Positions 58,828 to 64,000 of a stretch of DNA of 64,000 bases are shown in pieces. Under the pieces are notes generated by a model. It did not search any database. It was not told the DNA's origin and worked only from the letters and a program-made list of their open reading frames with translations. The first letter of the stretch is position 1. Every line of letters starts with the position of its first letter. Both the position numbers and the translations under genes were made by a program. Source of the DNA: an uncultured bacterium (GTDB lineage: Bacteria > Chloroflexota > UBA5177 > JANWHV01); NCBI GenBank assembly GCA_963827235.1, contig CAWHAE010000009.1, positions 736,001-800,000 on the forward strand, given 5' to 3'.

Positions 58828-59784
58828 CTAGTTGCCGCCGGAGCGGCCCTGAATGGCGTTGAAACCGCCCGGTCCAAATGCCCGCACCACGCCGATATTG
58901 CCTGTAACTCCCGCTTCCACCAGCGCATCGCCGCCCGCCTTGGTGATGGCCAGGTAGCCGGCTTGCGCATGCGCGGCGAGCTCGGCTTCCAACTGCGAGC
59001 TATTGCCTTCAATGTCGAGTGCTCCACCCGTGCTGCTGACGCCCAGCGTGGCGACGTTGGTACCGGCGCTGTTTTTCACGTCGACGGCCCCGCCGGTGCT
59101 CGAGGCTCCGAGGTTCACGAGTACATGCCCATTGCCATCGTGCAGGGTGACGGCGCCGGGACCGCCCGGTGAGACAATGCCGATACCGAGCGCAACCTTG
59201 TTGTTCGTGCCGCTGAACTGCAAGGACATCGGCGATCCCTGCTGTGCCTGCAGTCTACCCTGCGCATTTTGCGCGTAGACAACGACCGATCCAGTGGTCC
59301 CGTTCGCCCGCAGGCCCACGCCGACCGTCTCCTGTCCGGAGTCGGGCGCAAGCTGCAGATTGCCGCCGCCCCCGCCGACATTCGAGTCGCCAAGCGAGAC
59401 GACGGCAGGTCCATTGACTCCACCATGGCGCACGGTGAGATACGGGAGACCGTTGTACGTGTCCATAGTGACGACCCCCCCGGATCCCGCGAAGTAGGTC
59501 AGGCCGCTCCCGTCGACCTGCAGGATTGTCACCCCGTTGTTGCCCAGCACTTTGAACGGTCCCTTGACGGTCAGGCCAGACGCCGTGGACGGCGCGGACG
59601 AGGCGGCGGTCAGGCCAAGCACGAACATGAGCACACCGCCGGTACCGGCTGCGGCCAGCAGGCGGGCCAAGCGGCCGCGCCGCGAGGCCCCGTGGAGCAC
59701 CTGCACCTGCCTCTGTGTCTGTTCCAGCTCAGCTGCAAGGCTCTGGAGTTGTCGCTCGAGCCCGGCAATCTGTTCGTCGCTCAC
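58828..59784 (-). CDS. hypothetical protein: coiled coil, TM/signal segment, Gly-rich beta-repeat region
   Basis: LERQLQSLAAELEQTQ, hydrophobic helix, repeats such as GGAVDV/GGALDI. Confidence 0.7.
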   Translation of the reverse strand: MSDEQIAGLERQLQSLAAELEQTQRQVQVLHGASRRGRLARLLAAAGTGGVLMFVLGLTAASSAPSTASGLTVKGPFKVLGNNGVTILQVDGSGLTYFAGSGGVVTMDTYNGLPYLTVRHGGVNGPAVVSLGDSNVGGGGGNLQLAPDSGQETVGVGLRANGTTGSVVVYAQNAQGRLQAQQGSPMSLQFSGTNNKVALGIGIVSPGGPGAVTLHDGNGHVLVNLGASSTGGAVDVKNSAGTNVATLGVSSTGGALDIEGNSSQLEAELAAHAQAGYLAITKAGGDALVEAGVTGNIGVVRAFGPGGFNAIQGRSGGN

Positions 59785-60108
59785 ATTCTTCTCGCTTTCC
59801 TGTGGCGCGGGTCCACTATCGGCGCCGCTTTCAGCTCATTCCGGCGGCTCGGCTTCATCTTCACGTGTGGCCAAGGCTGCAATGACGCCTGTGTGTGCAT
59901 CACGGTCAAGGTCTGGCGAGACCATCATTGGACCGGAGCCTCCATTCTCGCCACTCTCGGCGAGAGATGCTGGAGAACAGCATGCCTTTCGGGCTCAGCC
60001 TGACTCGTGACGGCTGCCCGTTCCCTGCCGCTGTGGAAAGGGCGTTTGCTACGCGTGCTGCGTGCGGCAGTTCGACAGCGCCTGCGCGACCATCGGAGCA
60101 CGCAGAGC

Positions 60109-60951
60109 CTACTGAATTGTGAATGTGGCCTGCGCCACGGTGTTGCTGACCACCACCACGTGCACCACCCCGGCCATACCGCTCGGCACTATCCAGCTAT
60201 AGGCGAAGTTGCCGTCCGCGCCGGCTTTCTTGGGTCCGAGCACCTGCTGGCTGCCGGACGGATAAGTAATCACCACAGTCAGCATGGCGTTTGGCGTCGT
60301 GGTGATCAGCGCCGTCTCCTGACTGCCCGACGCAACCGAGGAAGAGAAGAGCTTCAGGGTCGTCTTGCCGCTGCCGGCCGCGGTGGCGCCGCTCCCGGCG
60401 CTCCCGGTGCCACCGCCCGATCCGAAAGCCGGCGGTGTCGATGCGGCTTTGGGCACGCTGGTGATCACGCTGGCATTGCCGAGCATCAGCATGTCTGCCT
60501 TCTTCTGGTTCTCCTTCAGCGACAGCTTGAACTGGCTGCTCTGCCCGAAGGGCAAAGTCAGGGTCGTCGCGGCCTGACCGGCCGTCTTGCTGATATTCTT
60601 TACTACCCGGCCGTCGACCGTCACGACGAGCGTTGCCCCACCCGACGTGTCGCTGAAGCCGTCGGCAATACCCACGGCCACCGTAAAGGCGGCGTAGCCC
60701 GGATAGGCGCGCGGGGCGATAGTGACGTAGGCGCCGGTCGTGCCCATCAGGATGGCGTGCGCGTAGTTCTCGCCGGCAATCGTCTTGTTGGTCCAGTTGG
60801 ACACGCCGGAGAAATCCGCCATGTCCGAGGTCTGGAGATACCGCGGGCCCGACGCCAGCGCCGGGTGACTCGGGCCGAACAGGGTGGAGAGCGTCGCCAC
60901 CAGGGCGATAACCAGGGCGATCAGACCGGCCGGCTTTCTCTTACGGGACAT
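60109..60951 (-). CDS. secreted hypothetical protein (two beta-sandwich modules, first NPCBM-like)
   Basis: AAAGGA RBS; MSRKRK signal peptide; Y..FTVAVGIADG...V.VDG; Gly/Ala linker. Confidence 0.65.
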   Translation of the reverse strand: MSRKRKPAGLIALVIALVATLSTLFGPSHPALASGPRYLQTSDMADFSGVSNWTNKTIAGENYAHAILMGTTGAYVTIAPRAYPGYAAFTVAVGIADGFSDTSGGATLVVTVDGRVVKNISKTAGQAATTLTLPFGQSSQFKLSLKENQKKADMLMLGNASVITSVPKAASTPPAFGSGGGTGSAGSGATAAGSGKTTLKLFSSSVASGSQETALITTTPNAMLTVVITYPSGSQQVLGPKKAGADGNFAYSWIVPSGMAGVVHVVVVSNTVAQATFTIQ

Positions 60952-61142
60952 GGTGGTTTCCTTTCGACGTCTACTTGCTCGGGAGCGGGATGCGTGATCT
61001 ATCCGTAGCGAAACCCACTCGTTCTTCCTGGCCTCGTATGTTCGCGGTTGTCGGCTGTGGTTCGAGTCTGTGCCTTCCCTCATCGCCGAGCCATGACGTT
61101 TGGTCACCGAAGAGTCACCGGCTGCCGGTAAGAGGGTGAACA

Positions 61143-62042
61143 TCAGTTGATAACCAGGTATTGCAGCCTGATCGCCGAGCGAGCCGGGGCGCTGGCGCCG
61201 ATCACGAATTGAGCTGCACTCCGTGCCGCGATCCAGATCCGCTGGGCGTCACCAGGATCATCCAGCAGGACAAGCAGAATCAGGCTATCAGCCCCGGCCG
61301 CCGCGGCCGATACGGTCAGCATGCGCTCACCTTTTGGGAGGCAAACCTCCCCAATTGCGCAGCCATGCAGCCGTATGCGCCCCTCGACGTCCAGCGCAAT
61401 CCCGGTCGGACCCGTAGCCCGCGCACGCACGCCGATGCCCCGGGTGCTGCACCCGTCCACGGCGCAGCCGCTGGCGCTCCTGGCAACCAGGCTGTCGCCG
61501 GACGTGCTGGTGGCGTACACACCGTCACCGTCGCCCCCCTCGGCGAAGACAGCGGCCGGCCGCGGGGCCTGGCCGTTGCCCAGGGCAGCACCTCCCACCG
61601 CGTGGAGGCCGGTGCCCAGCGCGCTTTGCGCGTAGACGCCATTTGCCGGACCGAGGCTCATCGCCGTGACGCCGGCGCCACGCTCACTCAATGCGCTCAG
61701 CCCATCGCCTTCGCCGAAGCTCCGGCAGTAGGCGCCGGTGCCCTGGACGCTGGCGGCATAGAGGCCGTAGCCCTCGACACTGAAGGCGCGAAGATCGCTG
61801 CCGTCCTTCGCCGGCACGACTGCCGGCGTGGTACGGTCTCTCTCGCCCGTCGCAATGGGCGGCAGCTGCACGCCGGTGCCCTGTGTGCCGGCCGGGTTGG
61901 AAAGCAGCCCGCGCAGCGTGTGTACTTCGCGCCGCAGCCTGTCCACCTCGCGTCGCAGCCCGTTGGTCTCGCGCTGATGGCGCTGCTGTACCTGCCGGTG
62001 TTGCCGTGCGAGCGCCGCCTCTCTCGAATCGCCTACGTCCAT
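61143..62042 (-). CDS. hypothetical protein: coiled coil, (G-V-x-A-x-S) repeat solenoid, C-terminal beta domain
   Basis: LRREVDRLRREV; about 10 GVYAxS-like repeats; ends LQYLVIN. Confidence 0.65.
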   Translation of the reverse strand: MDVGDSREAALARQHRQVQQRHQRETNGLRREVDRLRREVHTLRGLLSNPAGTQGTGVQLPPIATGERDRTTPAVVPAKDGSDLRAFSVEGYGLYAASVQGTGAYCRSFGEGDGLSALSERGAGVTAMSLGPANGVYAQSALGTGLHAVGGAALGNGQAPRPAAVFAEGGDGDGVYATSTSGDSLVARSASGCAVDGCSTRGIGVRARATGPTGIALDVEGRIRLHGCAIGEVCLPKGERMLTVSAAAAGADSLILLVLLDDPGDAQRIWIAARSAAQFVIGASAPARSAIRLQYLVIN

Positions 62043-62249
62043 TGGACCGCCCACCCGTGGCATACTCTATTCAGACTCGACCGGTGCCGTCGTTCCCCGA
62101 GGTTCGCATGTCGATTGTTCTCCCAGTCTGCTCCTTCACCCATCACCGCACCACGACGTCTGCTCACCGAGCACTCACCTTCCGGCGGTGAGCGGTCCTA
62201 CGATCGGGAGGGGAACCTCTTCTCTCGTTGCGAAAAGGCACGACCGCGC

Positions 62250-64000
62250 ATGATGGCTGATCCACCGCCGGCCAATGCTCAATTCGGCGCCCTCCTCAAG
62301 CGCTATCGTCTGGCGGCCGGACTGACCCAGGAAGACTTGGCGGAGCGCGCCGGTATCAGTGCTCGCGCGGTGAGCGATCTGGAACGGGATGGTAGCCGTA
62401 CACCGCGGCCAGACACGCTGGCCTTCCTTGCCCAGGCGCTGGGTCTGAGCGCGATGGAGCGAGCCGGCTTCATTGCGGCCGCACACCCCGAGGCGGGTGC
62501 TCCCACCACGCCGATTGCCGCGCCAGTCAGGGTCCTACCGTGGGCCGGCGTCCTGCCGGCACCGCCTTCACCGCTCGTTGGGCGCGATCAGGATGTCGCG
62601 ACTGTCGTCGCGCTGTTCGAGCGAGCTGACGTTCGCATGGCGACGCTCACCGGACCAGGCGGAGTCGGCAAGACGCGCTTGGCCCTGGCGGTGGCAGCGT
62701 CTCTCGCAAGCGCCGGCGAGCCGGTGTGTTGGGTGGACCTCTCGGCCCTGCGTGAAGCCGGCCTGCTGGGGTTTGCCGTGGCCCAGGCATTGGGCGTGCA
62801 GCCGGTGGGAACACGGCCGGTAGTGACGCTCCTGATGCACCACCTGCACAGCAGTCGGCTGATGCTGGTACTCGACAATTTCGAGCACGTGCTCCCCGCT
62901 GCCACGGTGCTCTCCACGCTGCTGGAAGGTTGCCCACACCTACGTATCATCGTGACGAGCCGCGCCCGGCTGCGCCTGCGCGCCGAGATCGATGTGCTGG
63001 TGCGACCGCTGCCTGTACCCGGCGCGGACCGCCTCCTGGCACCGGCCGAGCTGGCCAACGTGCCCTCGGTGCAGCTGTTTCTGGGCCGTGCCCAGGCCGT
63101 GGCGTCCGACGTGCGCCTGACGGCTGCTACCGGGCCGGTCATTGCCGAGATTTGCCGGCGGTTGGATGGTCTGCCCCTTGCGTTGGAGCTTGCGGCGGCA
63201 CGATCCCGGTTGCTGCCGCCGCAGGCCCTGCTGGCGCGCCTCGCCAGCAGGCTTGGGATACTGGTCGGCGGGGCGAACGATCTGCCGGCCCGCCAGCAGA
63301 CGCTGCGCGCGACCCTCGAATGGAGCGACGAGTTGCTTGGCGCGGAGGAGCGCCGGCTGTTTCGCCGGCTCGCCGTGTTTGCAGGCGGATGGACGCTGCA
63401 GGCGGCGGAGGCGGTGTGCGGCGGGGCCGGGATGGGTGATGTGCTCGGCGCGATGAGCACATTGCTTGACCAGAGCCTGATCCAGCGCCGTGACGCATCG
63501 GCCGATGAGCCGCGATACGACATGCTGCAGACGGTGCGCGAGTACGCACTCGAGCAGTTGGTTATCGGCGGGGAGCTGCCGGCGGTTCACCGGGCTCATG
63601 CCGCGTATTTCTTGTCCTTGCTTGCAGGCGCGGAGCAGGGGCTGATCGGTGCGGACCAAGCTGCATGGCTGAAGCTGCTCGAGCGCGAGCAGGAAAACCT
63701 TCGCACCGTGCTGGTATGGTCGCTGGAGACGCGGGAGCCCCGTGCCGGGCATGCGCCCGGCGTGCCGAGCGAATCGCGACCAGAGCCGCTCGAGATTGGA
63801 ATGCGTCTGGCAGGCGCGATCTGGCGGTTCTGGCATGTGCGCGGCCAGGTGACCGAAGGCCGTGCCTGGCTGAGCCGGCTCCTGGCCCGGCCGCTCGCAT
63901 TGCGTGATGCCGAAGAGGCCGCGCTGCGCGCCAAGGTGCTCGCAGCCGCCGCTGCGCTCGCCACGGAGCAGGGGGACCATACGGGTGCCGCCGACCTTGC
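62250..64000 (+). CDS. XRE-HTH + NB-ARC/STAND ATPase regulator, runs off the window end (absent from the ORF track)
   Basis: Read by hand: FGALLKRYRLAAGLTQEDLAERAGISARAVSDLER; LVGR; TGPGGVGKTRLA; LVLDNFEHV; LDGLPLALELAAAR. Confidence 0.9.
   Translation, partial: MMADPPPANAQFGALLKRYRLAAGLTQEDLAERAGISARAVSDLERDGSRTPRPDTLAFLAQALGLSAMERAGFIAAAHPEAGAPTTPIAAPVRVLPWAGVLPAPPSPLVGRDQDVATVVALFERADVRMATLTGPGGVGKTRLALAVAASLASAGEPVCWVDLSALREAGLLGFAVAQALGVQPVGTRPVVTLLMHHLHSSRLMLVLDNFEHVLPAATVLSTLLEGCPHLRIIVTSRARLRLRAEIDVLVRPLPVPGADRLLAPAELANVPSVQLFLGRAQAVASDVRLTAATGPVIAEICRRLDGLPLALELAAARSRLLPPQALLARLASRLGILVGGANDLPARQQTLRATLEWSDELLGAEERRLFRRLAVFAGGWTLQAAEAVCGGAGMGDVLGAMSTLLDQSLIQRRDASADEPRYDMLQTVREYALEQLVIGGELPAVHRAHAAYFLSLLAGAEQGLIGADQAAWLKLLEREQENLRTVLVWSLETREPRAGHAPGVPSESRPEPLEIGMRLAGAIWRFWHVRGQVTEGRAWLSRLLARPLALRDAEEAALRAKVLAAAAALATEQGDHTGAADL

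Noticed and set aside
61093-61134. GTCAC pair at 11-bp pitch (61103, 61114)
   Set aside because: Only two units, antisense to the local genes, and followed by TAAGAG rather than TATGCT
1-64000. CRISPR array, tRNA, rRNA, transposase
   Set aside because: None recognised by eye; tRNAscan/cmscan would be needed to exclude divergent RNAs

Overview
High-GC bacterial chromosomal segment. The gene content (large Ig-repeat surface proteins, XRE-NB-ARC regulator, TrpB2, PolA lacking a 5'-3' exonuclease) is compatible with a soil Chloroflexota-like genome, but that is inference. About 50 CDS, mostly accessory metabolism, transport and envelope functions. No rRNA, tRNA, CRISPR array or intact mobile element was seen. 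Several genes are broken by single-base indels (probably long-read errors), and four are clear deletion remnants (catalase, pfkA, Uma2, an ABC pair). The strongest signal is non-coding: three promoters share the architecture (G/A)TCAT repeats at 11-bp pitch, a 10-bp gap, then TATGCT. They drive an OmpR-family two-component pair, a divergent HtrA protease and, 44 kb away, an operon of a small Ser/Gly-tailed membrane protein, ApbE flavin transferase and an MsrQ-like cytochrome b. This suggests one regulon joining envelope proteolysis to a flavinylation system with a non-canonical substrate. Other leads: a glutamate-dehydrogenase pseudo-enzyme beside a tandem ribbon-helix-helix protein, a Zn-finger-fused PolA, a leader peptide upstream of an extended RsgA, TTAA boxes upstream of a PHP hydrolase/ABC locus, and a PadR partner fused to a ClpX zinc finger.
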